From: Octopus vulgaris
Taxonomy: Eukaryota
Reading direction: 5' to 3'
Length of the DNA stretch: 64,000 nucleotides
Assembly (NCBI GenBank): GCA_951406725.2
Contig: OX597815.1
Location: 54,684,001 to 54,748,000 of the forward strand
Within the stretch, counting starts at the first letter, position 1; every line of letters begins with the position of its first letter. The notes beneath the pieces are model-generated. The model was given only the letters and a program-made list of their open reading frames with translations. It ran no database searches and was not told where the DNA came from. Position numbers and translations under genes: made by a program. Below are positions 1-13,704 of the stretch, piece by piece.

Positions 1-750
1 TGAACGACGCATACTATCTAATCATTGTTGATAGCGGTACAAAGACAACCGCAAAGACAACAATGAAGTTCCTGTCTGAATTATTTGCCCGATACGGTGT
101 TCCAGACACGTTGGTATCAGATAAGGGAACGGATAATGAATTCAAAAATTTCTACAAAATTCATGCGATAAAGCATATTTTTATCTGCCCTACCACCCGA
201 GGTCAAACGGACTGATAGAAAGATTCGTTGATACTTTCAAGCTAGCGTTAAAAAATAGCGAGGAATAACGTAGGTAATGACGAAGCGCTAACGAAATTCT
301 TGAGGGTGTATAGAGTAACGCCCAGTCCGAATACTAGTTCACGAAAGTCTCCGGAAGAGTTAACGTTCGCACGAAAAATAAAATCGATCTTCGATAAATT
401 ATTGCCAGGTAAAAATATATTTCTTGGAAATACAGAAAAGGCAACAAAACATTTCGAAGTAGGAGATAAAGCTCATTTTAAAATTCTAAAGAATAGCAAA
501 GAAGGCTGGGAGGATGGTTTTGTAACTGAATGATTAGGTAACATGATGTATATAATTAAAGGACAAAGTTTGGGATATAAGAGACACCTAAACCAATTAA
601 AAGTGAGACATACTGTAAAACGAAAAGAAGTCTGCTGTGGCATGTTTGAGGTGCCATCACCGAAAGAGATTGAGCCTCCTAGAAGCAGCAGTAGAAAAAA
701 GAAACAGACTGTACATTGAGAAATAATGCCAAAACGCAAAAGATATTAAA
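1..750 (+). pseudogene. Ty3/Gypsy LTR retrotransposon integrase remnant, cut off by the window start
   Basis: Broken frames read LFARYGVPDTLVSD, YHPRSNGLIERFVDTFK and FLRVYRVTP...SPEEL, typical of the rve integrase core; stops and frameshifts present. Confidence 0.85.
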
Positions 751-845
751 TTTTAAAGAGAGAGTGAGAGGCGGAGAGTTGCTGGAAAAAGAAAGAAGAA
801 AATAAATTTCACTTCTTACGGAAGTCGAAATCCCGAAAAGGAAGA

Positions 846-1082
846 TGTGGTGATGAGATTCACGACGTCCCCTTGCGAGAAATAGACTGGACCGAGCGTC
901 GGAGTGAAGTTTGTATATGTTAGTTCGAGTTGAGTCAGCAGTGAAGTTGGTAGGTGTAGGTTGCTTAGTTCGATTGTTGGTACATAAAGAGATTGTTGGA
1001 TCGTTACGTTGTTATTACGGGTGCATCGTTATCTTGGTTACTATTATTACACAGGTACAGTGTATCTAAACCATCCATCACA
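846..1082 (+). mobile_element. 3' LTR of the Gypsy element (about 237 bp)
   Basis: Follows a polypurine tract (gaaaaggaaga, 835-845); begins TGTGGTGATG and ends CATCACA, giving TG...CA ends with a short inverted terminal repeat. Confidence 0.7.
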
Positions 1083-1275
1083 ATATCGTGGCGTTACCAC
1101 GACATTGGAGATGGAGCATACAACAGTTATCAATGACGAAAAATTATAGGAGTCGTGTATATATAACGACTGCAAAATATCTTGCGAAAGAAAAACTTGC
1201 TTGAAAGTCAAAGATAAGCCCACCAAGTAGAAACAGCTGTAAGAGTGGACATATGTATTTGTTTATTTATTCCTG

Positions 1276-1672
1276 TGATTATAGTAAATAAATTTTACTG
1301 ATGTTTGTCAATTGAATCTCTTCTCCCTTTTCTTCCTTGCCTTATAAAAATTCTGGATAAACTTTTGTTTACCTACACTTGTACATATTATTCAATGGTA
1401 CTATTGCCTTGCAACAGATAGTAAGTCTTTGAATATAAATAGGTATCCCTCCAGTAGTATACTGGATATATATTATCCCTTAGATGATTGTCTAACCTCT
1501 AACTCCTATTTATATTCAAATACTTACTATCTGTTGCAAGGCAATAATACAATTGAATAATATGTACAAGTGTAGGTAAACAAAAGTTTATCCAGAATTT
1601 TTATAAGGCAAGGAAGAAAAGGGAGAAGAGATTCAATTGACAAACATCAGTAAAATTTATTTACTATAATCA
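1276..1672. repeat. Long inverted repeat with about 168-bp arms; probable inverted PLE pseudo-LTR
   Basis: 1276-1443 is a near-perfect reverse complement of 1505-1672 with a 61-bp spacer; ends at a TA-rich tract; an HHR 3' half (GAAAC-AGCT-GTA) lies at 1230-1241. Confidence 0.85.
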
Positions 1673-1690
1673 TATATATGTATATTTATA

Positions 1691-2099
1691 TACTCTTTTA
1701 CTCTTTTACTTGTTTCAGTCATTTGACTGCGGCCATGCTGGAGCACCGCCTTTAATCGAGGAACTCGACCCCGGGACTTATTCTTCGTAAGCCCAGTACT
1801 TATTCTATCGGTCTCTTTTTGCCGAACCGCTAAGTAACGGGGACATAAACACACCAGCATCGGTTGTCAAGCAATGCTAGGGGACAAACACAGACACACA
1901 AACACACACACGCATATATATATATATATATATATATACGACGGGCTTCTTTCAGTTTCCGTCTACCAAATCCACTCACAAGGCTTTGGTCAGCCCGAGG
2001 CTATAGTAGAAGACACTTGCCCAAGGTGCCACGCAGTGGGACTGAACCCGGAACCATGTGGTTGATAGACAAGCTACTTACCACACAGCCACTCCTGCG

Positions 2100-2102
<3 letters not shown>
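1691..2102 (-). mobile_element. tRNA-derived SINE, family A (octopus-type), full length
   Basis: Minus strand starts AGGCGCAGGAGTGGCTGTGTGG (A box) and contains GGTTCAGTCCC (B box); internal TA/CA microsatellite; (AAAGAGTA)-type tail; many copies in the window. Confidence 0.9.
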
Positions 2103-2149
<47 letters not shown>

Positions 2150-3096
2150 AAATATTAAGGTCGTTGCATTATAGATGTATGTATGCCTGTGTGAGTATAC
2201 GTGTCATGTATATATATATGAATATGTGTATGTATGTATGCATGCATGTTTGTTGGTAGGTAAGTGGGTAAGTGTGCGCATCCGTATTTTTATTTGTGAT
2301 ATATTAAACATTTTATAACAAAAAGAAAGAATCAAGATGGCACAAAAAAGCATTTGTGTTAAAAGAAATGGTGTTTTACTTACTTCTCAGTTGGAACTTG
2401 ATAACTTAGCAGACTTCCGTGATATGTCGAGTATTTTTAATGATTGTCAGAGAAACTGTGTTGGCTCTTGGCAGTAGAAAAAATAAAATGAAGAAATCAA
2501 AAACAATCACATGGAACAGTTATCGGAAAAAATCGATAAATGATTAAATCTTTGCAAAATGTACGAATGAGAAAACCAACAATTGGAATTAAATTAAAAG
2601 AGAGAAGTCGAAAAGGGATCAGGTTAGGTTAACTTCTACGACTTGGCATTGTGGTAACTTTGTGTCAAGTAAACAATGAAATAGAATTTCGATTAAGTTG
2701 AAAACAGTCAGGTGAAGGAAGAATCATCTTATAGCATGTTTGTCTCTAACATTCCTATATACACAAACCCACACAAGCACTCACGCACATACAGAAATAA
2801 GCACACAAACACATGCATTCTTTTACTCTTTTATCCGTTTCTGCCATTAGACTTTGGTCTCGCCAGGAAAACCACCTTGAGAGATTTACTCGATGAAATC
2901 GACTGCAGCACGTATTTTCACCCCTAGTAGTTATTCTATCCTTTCTATTTAACAAAGTGCTAAGTTGTATGGACTTTTACAAATACACACCAGTTGTCAA
3001 ATACAAAAATATGCAGATACAAGTTTATACAAACTTATAACATACATAAGCATACAAATGCACAAACACACATAAGTGCATACATACACGTATATA

Positions 3097-3658
3097 CAAG
3101 ATGTTCGGGTTAAATTTGACAGTTTGCATATAAAGAAAACAAAACACACTACCCTATCCAAACGTAAAAGTTTTTTTTTTTATATATATAAAATCAAAAC
3201 ATACCATCATGATTGTAGCTGGAAAATAAGTTTACTCAAAATAGTCGTTCTCAGCTTCCACCACAGCCTCAAGACAGCTTCGTAACCTGGCGCGTGTGTC
3301 CCTAACTGAATCCACGAGATCTTCGAACACCTTGTTAAACTTGGCCGCCTACTAAGCATTGATGTTGAAGGCAGAGTGATTGGTGTCTTTCTCAACCGCG
3401 CCGCACACATAGTAATTCATGGGTTTATAATTCGAGGAATTAGAAGGCCAGAAATTGGGGCTGGCAAAGTTGTAGAAATCATCTGACAAACCTTTCTGAC
3501 ACTTTCCAGAGGCATGGCAAGGATCCGAATCCTGCTGCCACATATAAGGTCTTCCAACAGAAGACCACATATAAGGTCTTCCAACAGAAGACCAATACAT
3601 CAAGCTGTTCCCGAAAAAAAGGAGACAAAATATCATCACATTTAGCCCGAACACATTG
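3097..3658 (-). mobile_element. Internally deleted Tc1/mariner element of the maT (DD37D) type
   Basis: TA-flanked TIRs caagatgttcgggttaaat / atttagcccgaacacattg; minus strand encodes WQQDSDPCH...FWPSNSSNYKPMNYYVCG; related to 11210-11945. Confidence 0.8.
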
Positions 3659-4351
3659 TATATGTGCGACAGTCTCCTGCAGGGTCTCTGTCACTAAATT
3701 TACTCAAAAGAGATTGGTCGCCCCGAAACTGTAGTAGAAAATACTTCCCTAAGGCGCTGAACATAAAACGTGCTTGAGAAGCGAACATCTTAACCACGAA
3801 CTTATGCTTATATAATATAAGCGCTTGTGTCTGCATGTCTGTGTGTGTGTGCGCGCACGCGTGTGTGTGTGAATGAGTGAGTGCGTTTGTGTGTATGTGT
3901 GTGTTTGTATGTATGTGTGTGTGTGTGCGTGTGTGTAAACATAGCAAGGATAATGGCGTGAGCAACTCGTTTTATTTCATAATTCTACAGTTGCTTCATC
4001 GACGCTTTACCAGAAGTTTACTGCTGAAGTATTATTATATAATATGTTAAATAATACATTGAATCAATATTATTCCAGTAATACTGGAAAATATCGACTC
4101 TTCAGATCTAAGTATAAATCAAAATGCTCTCTTCATTCTCCTTATATTTACGATTTTTCAGTGACGCGATCTATTTTCGTTGGAAGATAGTATCTGATAG
4201 CCGATACCCTTGGATGAGCTTTATAAAATAATGTATGTATGTATGTATGTGCGTGTGCATGTATGTATGTGTGTGTACGTATATATGTATGTATTGTATG
4301 TGTGTATATATAAACATACAGACAGACAGACAGAAAGGCAGGCAGGCAGGC

Positions 4352-4494
<143 letters not shown>

Positions 4495-5039
4495 CAGGCA
4501 CGTGTGAGTTTCAGCATTCATGATTAAATCTCTACTTAAAGTAGTTGTATAACAACACAACAGAGCTGTAGAATTTGAGCAACTTATTGATGCTCATGGC
4601 TGGAAATTGATGTATGAAAAATATTATCCGAAATGTTAAACTTTTTCTTTTTCCTCAAATCAAGCCTTTTTGTTCCACATAACGTTATACTTTTATCGAG
4701 AAAGGATAACTTTCTATTACTGTTTTACAATATAATTGTTTTTTAGCTCCTTTTTTCACGAACCATTAACTAAGAACTATAATTCTTAATAAAAGAAAAT
4801 AATTGCAAACCATAATAGAAATTATTGTATCGACTGAAATGGAAAGTTCTAAATTATAGAAAAATCGAAGAAACATCTGACTGAAATAGTAATATTTTTT
4901 ATGGTGGAGTGGGTGTAAGATTATTCAACATATATGCGTGTATGTATGTATACGTATGTATATATGTATATGTTGTATGTAGATATGTGTATGTGTGTAT
5001 GCATGTATTTGTATATGTATATATGTATGCATGATTGTA

Positions 5040-5113
<74 letters not shown>

Positions 5114-6033
5114 TGAGTGTGTGCGTGCGTGCGTACGTTTGTGCGTGTGCGCACGCGTGCGATTCTCTTCATATACGTATGTATTTATGTATTGATTAAT
5201 AACTGGATTTCAAAAATATAAAAATATATTTTACAGAAGATATGTATGAGATGTTATCAGAAATGTAGTTTTCAATAACGTTTTATTTCCGTTAATATTT
5301 CGACTGGCGCCGACGGCTTCAGGGCCAATATCCAATGATTTGTCACAATGGGTAACATAACATAGTCGGCACAAATGAAATGATTTAGGTGTTCAGAAAA
5401 TGAGTGTTTGTCAATAGGAATATCTTTCTCAGATGACATAACAAGATTATCTATATGAAGGCTCGATTACCTACTTGTCTTGTTGCTTACTAACCACTCT
5501 AGTTTGCAGCTTCAACTGAGCGTCTTGGTTTGATAATTATCTCAGCTAATGTCTTTTCTTTTCGACTGTTAGAAGTGAACTAATCACAAAATACTTTTAA
5601 ACGAACTTTTCACTTGTCGCGAAATGCCGTTGCCTTTGTGTACATTATATTAGGTACATTGAAGATATATCTGAACACTTTGCTAGGACAAGTATTGGAC
5701 AGAAACAAGGTGTTTGTCAAGTTGAGTTATGTAATTCGTTAACGTACTGAACAGAGTCGGTATTTCGACTGGGTTTGATACATGAATATCGGAATGTTAG
5801 CTAAATGGCGTCAAAATATCAGCTCTGCCCCTAGACTGCTGGGAATACAGCATTCGTTTCCAATCAATATAAAAGAAAAAATAACAAAAAACGGAAGAAA
5901 TACAAAATTACTAACATGAGCAAATGTTAGCAGACTGCCACACATTTGTTATCAGATAGGTCTGAAAATTCCGGATATTGTTGTACACAAAAATGTGTGC
6001 CATATAAATGATCTTCACGAGTTATTTCATTTA

Positions 6034-7295
6034 CGAGGGGCGTTCAATAAGTAATGCTCCTGACCCACTTGCAGTTGTTTGATCTAGCTGCATGTGCAAT
6101 TATTAATATCTCTATAGATTAAGTGGTGAATTACAGCTCTGAACTAATTGTGGTTTCTGATTTACAGGTGTTTGAACTGAGTCAAGTGTGAAATGGAGCC
6201 TGTTGAGTGTCGAGCAGTGATCTGGTTTTTGTATTTGAAAGGACGCACACCACGGGAGACATTTAATGAAATGAAAGTAACTTATGGTGATGATGCCCCA
6301 TCATATGACCTTGTAAAACGCTGGCATTGTGAATTCAAACATAGTCGGAACTCTGTGGAAACAGCTCCCAGATCTGGTCGCCCCCTTCTGCCGTTGATGA
6401 GACGTCTGTCCGTCAAGTTGAGGCTGCCATTTTGGAAGGTCAACGCATAACTATTCGCCAAATAGCCCATAAGGTCAAGATTAGTAACGGGTCTGTGGAA
6501 ACCATCATTCATGACCATTTGCATATGCAAAAGGTGTCTGCCAGATGGATTTCCAGGTTGCTCACACCTTTCCAGAAGCAAGAACGCGTTGAGTGCTCGA
6601 GGATGAATTTGGAGATGTGCCAAGAAGATGAGTCAAAACTTTTCAAAAGACTGATCACGCAGGATAAAACCTGGGTCCATCACAATGATCCATAGACCAA
6701 AGCCCAGTCAATGCAGTGAAAGCACCGTGACTCACCTCCTCCAAAGAAGGCAAGGGTGCAGCCCTCCGCTGACAAGGTTATGCTCACAGTCTTCTGAGAC
6801 CAGGACGGAGTAGTGATGACAGATTTCCTGGCAAAGGGTACCACAATTACAGGAGCCTATTATGCTTCACTTTTGAGGAAATTAAGAGAAGCTATCAAAA
6901 TCAAGAGGCGGGGCAAGATCAGCAAAGGCATCCTCCTCTTGCAGGACAACGCTCCGGTCCACAACTCGCGTGTCGCCAGATCAGAAGCACAGGCGTGCAG
7001 CTATGAACTCCTCCCCTTGCACCCTCTGATTTTCACCTCTTCCCAGCCATGAAGTTGATTTTGAAAGGAAAGCGTTTCCCAGATGATGCAGCCTTCATTT
7101 CTGAAGACACGTCGTGGTTGGAGGACCAAGCTGGGGTCTTCTACAAAAACGGTCTCCAGAGCTGCATCAAACGATGGGAGAAATGCATAACTCTGGGTAG
7201 TTCCTATGTAGGAAAAGACTAATAACTGTGCCAAGTGTCGTTGCTCTACTGCTATGGGAAGTGGGTCAGGGGCATTACTTATTGAACGCCCCTCG
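6034..7295 (+). mobile_element. Near full-length mariner transposon (Hsmar2/irritans-like) with inactivated transposase at about 6193-7221
   Basis: 37-bp TIRs at 6034-6070 and 7259-7295 with TA duplications; transposase motifs RSGRP, KVSARWI, ITQDKTWVHH, LLQDNAPVH and APSDFHLF; frameshifts and stops. Confidence 0.95.
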
Positions 7296-8225
7296 TATAC
7301 TATAGCAAGCGTAAATGAAATAACTCTTATGTGAATGTGTGTATATATACTTTTGAGTTGGTATAATTGCCAAGTTATGTAAACAAGTATGTAAGTATCA
7401 AAGTGAATATCAACGGGAAAGTGGTTATGAATGTTTAATAAGTAGGTGCCGTGCAAAAAAGAGCGGCCTGTGTTAGCAGTCCGATAGAGATAAACAATGT
7501 AGCAAGTTGAATAGCATACGCTGCGATATTTTTCTGCTGAAATGTGATATGACCAAGATCCCATTGAAAGTAAAACAGTACAGTCATATCTGTAAGCTTG
7601 GAGCATCATCCGATGGAAGTGGTGTCAGAAATTCAAGCTTGATGTTAAAACAGAGTTGAAAATGTCTAGTGATATTTGAAGACATGTGATATATGAGGTA
7701 TATATGTTATTGTATACTTGAATGCATGTGTGGAAAGACTGCTTCCACAGACTCTTGTTAACGTATCGTGTAAGATAATTTGTACTATGTTTCTCAGTGA
7801 GGTTTTTATTTTATTTTTTCTAAAGTGCATGCAAGTGTGTGCGGAGAAAAATCATAGAAAAAAGGAATATCAGAATAATATCCAACCGAAAGAAAAATAA
7901 TAGGAAGTAACAAACTTGGAATAATACATTTTAAAACAGCAAAAAGAAAAGAAAAATGGCAAAGCACAGACATAATAGAAAGAACATTTCTACAACTGTT
8001 ATCGGCTGCAAATGGCATCCACTCTCTGGCTATAGAAGAAGATCGTCCCTCTAAATTTAAGTGCGAGTCCAGCGTACTTCTGCATTTAGAAAGTAAAGAA
8101 AACAGCGACAAGAGGTGTTCTTGCCGATGTCTTTCAGTAATTTTTACGATCCTAGCTGTATAATAACGACAATTAAACTGCACAGTTACAGGAGTGTCAG
8201 CAGTTGAAATGGTATTACTACATAT

Positions 8226-9517
8226 ATATCTTGTTCTCCTTGTCCTGTCTCTCACTGTTATATATTTATTTTTCCACTGTTTATATATATATTTTTTACT
8301 GTTTATATGTTTGTACTGTCGTTACCGTCTTGCCTTTTTTTTACCCCTCTGCGACAAGATCTCAGAATTTTAATTGATTTGCTTTTCGCGGGAAGGAATT
8401 TTTCATTCGAAGTATACGTCTCGCTTTTATCCTTCGAAACGTTTAGTAGATGAAACTTTAGCGACTGAAGAAGGGGATTTTTCGTTGTGCTTATTGTCCT
8501 GTATTTCCTTTTTTTTTTTTTTTGCTTGTCTTGTTCCTTGGTTTGTGTCTATGTTTTTCGTCTCTCTATGTGTTCGACGTCCTTTTGGTGTCCTGTACAC
8601 ATATATGCGTGTATATGTACATGTAGAGGTAGGTACGTACATATATGTTTATATATATGCATATATTTTATTAACATATTATACGACTAAACGCACGCAC
8701 CCTATTAAGTAAGATTGTTCTGTTTATCAAGTTCGCCTTGATATTAACTCTCACGCGACTCTGCATCTTTCTTTCTTTCTCTCCCATTCCCTTTTTCGTC
8801 TTTTTTCCCTCACTTAACTTGTCTCTTCCTCTCTCTCTCCCCCTCACTGTTCTTCATGGTCTCCTCGCACCATTCCCCTTCTTCTCTCTCTTCCTTTTGC
8901 TCCTCCTCCCCCATTCCCGTCGTCCATCTGCGACGTACTTCCGTCGTAACTGCTATCCCGTCCTTTTTCGCCTGCCTTCTAAGGCCACTGGTCGACATCT
9001 TCCTCTCTCGTCGTCCACTATAATCCAGCGTTTGCAATACTTTTTTCGTCTGGCGTTAACAGCCCTTCTTATCTTGTTCTCCTTGTCCTGTCTCTCACTG
9101 TTATATATTTATTTTTCCACTGTTTATATATATATTTTTTACTGTTTATATGTTTGTACTGTCGTTACCGTCTTGCCTTTTTTTTACCCCTCTGCGACAA
9201 GATCTCAGAATTTTAATTGATTTGCTTTTCGCGGGAAGGAATTTTTCATTCGAAGTATACGTCTCGCTTTTATCCTTCGAAACGTTTAGTAGATGAAACT
9301 TTAGCGACTGAAGAAGGGGATTTTTCGTTGTGCTTATTGTCCTGTATTTCCTTTTTTTTTTTGCTTGTCTTGTTCCTTGGTTTGTGTCTATGTTTTTCGT
9401 CTCTCTATGTGTTCGACGTCCTTTTGGTGTCCTGTACACATATATGCGTGTATATGTACATGTAGAGGTAGGTACGTACATATATGTTTATATATATGCA
9501 TATATTTTATTAACATA
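8226..9517 (+). repeat. About 450-bp direct repeat (8226-8680 and 9069-9517); probable partial-tandem PLE pseudo-LTRs
   Basis: Two near-identical T-rich copies 843 bp apart; the second runs into (TA)n. Confidence 0.75.
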
Positions 9518-9573
9518 TATATATATATATATATATATATCTGCCGGTATGTCTGCCTGTCTAATTCTCAAAA

Positions 9574-9701
9574 TTCAAGAATTTCTCCAAAACTACTATG
9601 CCATTAAGGAAAAGGACAGGCTACGCATGTCTTCGAATGTTTTCAAACAATAAACCGGTCCTTTTCTTTAATGGCATGTCAGCTTTGGAGAAATTCTTGA
9701 A
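9574..9701. repeat. Inverted repeat with about 47-bp arms next to (TA)n
   Basis: 9574-9620 is complementary to 9655-9701. Confidence 0.8.
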
Positions 9702-10309
9702 ATTATCTCTATTTCTGATATAGAAATGGTCACAAGTACCATTTGATATTTATGACAAAACATCTAGAGACAAAGATGATTTTAATAAATCAAGGATTTA
9801 TGTTCTGTGGTATTTAATGTACTTGTATTTATTTGTTGTTCAGTTAAGATGCCACTGGCATGTGTAACAACTTCCCTTTGTGCGTGTCTGTGTGTGCGCG
9901 CGCGCGACATGTCCACACTCGTCACATGTTAAATTGAGCTGTACAGGAACATACTCAGTCAAAATTCACATCAAGACTCTTACGAACATCTCTCATACAT
10001 ATATACATACATACAGGGGAAAGAGAACGTATATGACCTATTGATAAGAAATTTGCAGATCCTGGCTCCCAGATACACTTTCAGTTTTTTTATTATTATT
10101 ATTGGATTAACAAGACCCGCCTGGAGCAAATATGTATGAACTTGGTTTCTTTGGGGGAATACATCTTACTACATGCGCTACAAATGAACACGATATCTGG
10201 AATGATAAAAACCCTCAAACCTCCGCAAGATTTAAAGGATAGTGGTTAAACAAGGTGATTTCCATCACAACCTTGCTACCTAGCAAAGAAAACACACTTA
10301 CAAATATAC

Positions 10310-10378
<69 letters not shown>

Positions 10379-11209
10379 TGTGTGTGTGTGACCGGGCACG
10401 TTTATATGTGAGTGAGTCATGTTTGCAACATCTTTTTTAACGTGACACCTGGAATTGTTAACATATTTATGAATTTTAACAAGTTTTCTACAGACGTTAA
10501 AACAAATCCTGGTCCTGAAAATTGAACAAATTTATGAATAAATTTTATAGTTTTCTACTTTTTCTATTAACTTGAAAATTTTTAGTGATCGAAATATTTT
10601 GCAGGAAAAGCCGTTCAACAGCAAGAAAAAAAATCAATAAATTAAGCAGGCAAGCTATCGTGACAGAAGTTTAATGAATGTTGACAGCAGTCCTGAAGAA
10701 AGAGGCTGACGAAGAGGACATTATCGCTATTTCAAAATTATAAATTTGCTAAATGCAGCATACAAGCAGTTAGTCTAACATATTTGTTTGAAATTCAATT
10801 TATGGAAAATAATAGACACAAAAAGAGAACTGATCGAAGTAACAGTTGCTCGAATCAAAATTTGATGGATTCATAACAAATATTAGAATTATTAGTGTAG
10901 TTTCTTTTTAAATAAGTGTTTTGTATTAGAATAAATTTTATCAAAATGTAGAAACCTTTGTGTATATGTGTGTATTACTCATAACATGAAAGAGTAACGC
11001 TTTTTTGTAGTTTTGTTGGACTCCTAACTTCTTACAACAATAAAGACATTAGTACCATTTCCAGATACTAATTGAATTGCCACACACTACATAGTACTCA
11101 AGCTGGATTTGACGATATTTTATACACCCACTTTTTTTTCAAGAAAAGCTTAGTGTATTGATGAACAGTCAACGGCGTTGGAGAGCATAAGCATTAAAGT
11201 TATAACTGA

Positions 11210-11945
11210 GAAAAAGTTAACTGACAGGAAAGACTAGAAGTTATCTGAATATTGAAAAATAGTTACCTGTATCATAATGATTCGCGCCGAGTATCAAAAT
11301 GCCGATATCATGACTATTGCTCATTGCTCTGTGAACACTGTAAAGGCGTAACATGGATAACTGCGACGGAGTCTACGAACCATGGTCATCACGATGGGAC
11401 AAAGTAAGCGTTCTGAATGGGTTCGCACGTCGGAGTTCAACCAACAACTGATGAACAGGAAATTAGGCTCAATTCAGACGACTATGTGAAGATGCTGGAT
11501 ACTGGTTAATCTCTGACTGGAGAGGGTTGCTGTTGGAAGACCATACCTGTGGCAGCAGGATTTGGATCCTTGCCTTACCTCTAGAAAGAGCCAGATGTGG
11601 TTAGCGGAGAATTTCTATGACTTCACCAGCCCCAGTTTCTGGCCACCAAATTCACCCGATTGTGATCCTATAGATTACTATGTACGGTTGTGGTTGAGAT
11701 TGACACCAACCGCCTTGCCTTCAACATCAATGCCGAGCTGATGGCCTAGATAAAGTTGGTGTTTAAAGGTTTTCCCAGGAACGCATGCGCCAGGTGCTGG
11801 AGTCATCTTGAGGCCGTGATGGAAGTAAACTCTTATTGCCCAGCCATAATCTAGTTGATACACTTTTATTTATAATTTTATTTTGGATGAGATTTGTATT
11901 TTGTTTTCCTTTTACGAAAACTGTCAAATTAGCCCGAACACCCTA
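11210..11945 (+). mobile_element. maT (DD37D) transposon remnant; 5' boundary approximate
   Basis: WQQDLDPCLTSRKSQMWLAENFYDFTSPSFWPPNSPDCDPIDYY has 37 residues between the second and third Asp; right TIR ctgtcaaattagcccgaacaccct then TA. Confidence 0.8.
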
Positions 11946-11985
<40 letters not shown>

Positions 11986-12183
11986 GAAATGGATACACAC
12001 GCACAAGATGTTAAGTAACATGTGCATTAGTCACCATTTTCCAAAACATATCTCACTTCTCCTTGGAATTATTACCCATGTATGTGTGGTTACTAACATC
12101 TTAAAGTGCTTGTGTGACATTTTGCTACCCAGGTAACTACTTCTCCGGGTCTTTCCTTGAAAATTAAACACGCACACACACAC

Positions 12184-12216
<33 letters not shown>

Positions 12217-12342
12217 TAGAGAAAGAAACAGAGAGGGAGAGTAACGATATAGATCATACTGCACTCACATACACACACAAGCATACATAATGCATATATT
12301 TATGTATGTATATGTTTGCATATATATATGTATGTATATGTA

Positions 12343-12394
<52 letters not shown>

Positions 12395-12730
12395 AAGTAA
12401 GATAGGGGTTATGAAAGTAACCCACTATGGGATATCAATTATCCAATATACTGCTGGTAAAGTACCCAAATACTAATTACATAAATGCTTATAATTGCAA
12501 TGCAATTAATTAAATTATTGTATTGAATGGGTGAAGGTAAAAAATATTTTACCGTAAATTCATAATACAAATAAGAAAATGGAGAAACAAATTCATTTCG
12601 ATCATCAACTTACGGATATTACAATTTCACATTATTTATTAATTATACAAATAGGAACATGAAAATCGGGCAAAACTATATACATCAATATGCAAATTAA
12701 TAATAAAATAAAATAATACTAATAAACTGC

Positions 12731-12862
12731 TCCCTACAGTTGTTTCAGCCTATGGTCGAGAGACAATCCAACTTAAATTGCCTATAGATGCCATTGTAAT
12801 ATAGTCCTAGGCATTAAAGATTATATTTGTCTGTTTAAATAACCAAAGGCCTCGTCAGAGGA
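12731..12862 (-). ncRNA. Type I hammerhead ribozyme with long stem II insertion
   Basis: Minus strand: UCCU-CUGACGA-GGCCUUUGGU...ACCAUAGGCU-GAAAC-AACU-GUA-GGGA; canonical core, stems I and II pair with G-U. Confidence 0.75.
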
Positions 12863-12985
12863 TATACATAACTATAAAATTATAATAATAATATTGATAT
12901 ATAAAAAACATGCTTCCCATACTATCCAATAAAAACAAGAAAATAAATAGTAAGACAAATATTCAAAATACATATATATAAACAA

Positions 12986-13029
<44 letters not shown>

Positions 13030-13162
13030 ATGAGGGTGTCTAAAAGACACCAACATGCCGAAACAGCAGTCGAAACTCTGACTATAAAACCACGTTAAGT
13101 GTTCATATCGCACCATGAGGTAAAGCGGAGGGACAAAACATACAAGCAAAAATTATTGAATA

Positions 13163-13222
13163 ATTCAAGATCCAAGGATTTCTGGTTCTGCTTTAGATAA
13201 GCTTTACCGTCATCAATTGAAT
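13163..13222 (-). ncRNA. Type I hammerhead variant (UUGAUGA core), copy 1
   Basis: AUUCAA-UUGAUGA-CGGU...ACCA-GAAAU-CCUUGG-AUC-UUGAAU on the minus strand. Confidence 0.65.
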
Positions 13223-13644
13223 ATATCAAGGGTACATAAATACAGATATATATATGCACAGCAAACGATATACTTACATATACGAGCGTCGTACATACAT
13301 ACATATGCACGTATGGACACAGCCAGTCTGAATCGCCCGCCAAATCACCGCATAAGTACGATATGGTTAAAATAAGCACCGCAGTGAATATAATAACGAA
13401 TTATATAAATTTATATATGAGGATAATATCGATATTTAAGTGTCGAAATTATCAAGTGGCCAGCATGAAATAAATACCTTACAAAGGTAAAAAAAATTTT
13501 AACAATTAAAAATGAGGGTGTCTAAAAGACACCAACATGCCGAAATAGCAGTCGAAACTCTGACTATAAAACCACGTTAAGTGTTCATATCGCACCATGA
13601 GGTAAAGCGGAGGGACAAAACATGCAAGCAAAAATTATTGAATA

Positions 13645-13704
13645 ATTCAAGATCCAAGGATTTCTGGTTCTGCTTTAGATAAGCTTTACCGTCATCAATT
13701 GAAT
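13645..13704 (-). ncRNA. Type I hammerhead variant (UUGAUGA core), copy 2
   Basis: Same motif exactly 482 bp from copy 1. Confidence 0.65.

Noticed and set aside
2385-2467. Minus-strand AG...GTAAGT-bounded candidate exon
   Set aside because: Stops in all three frames; a non-coding exon cannot be supported from sequence alone
7806-8255. 149-aa minus ORF with faint GIY-YIG-like spacing (R...EH, SSIA)
   Set aside because: No recognisable GIY or YIG motif; too weak to call
13028-13085. Possible opposite-polarity hammerhead (ATGA-GG...CC-GAAAC-AGCA-GTC) suggesting a viroid-like ambisense unit
   Set aside because: No CUG before AUGA, no stem I, and the other copies read GAAAT
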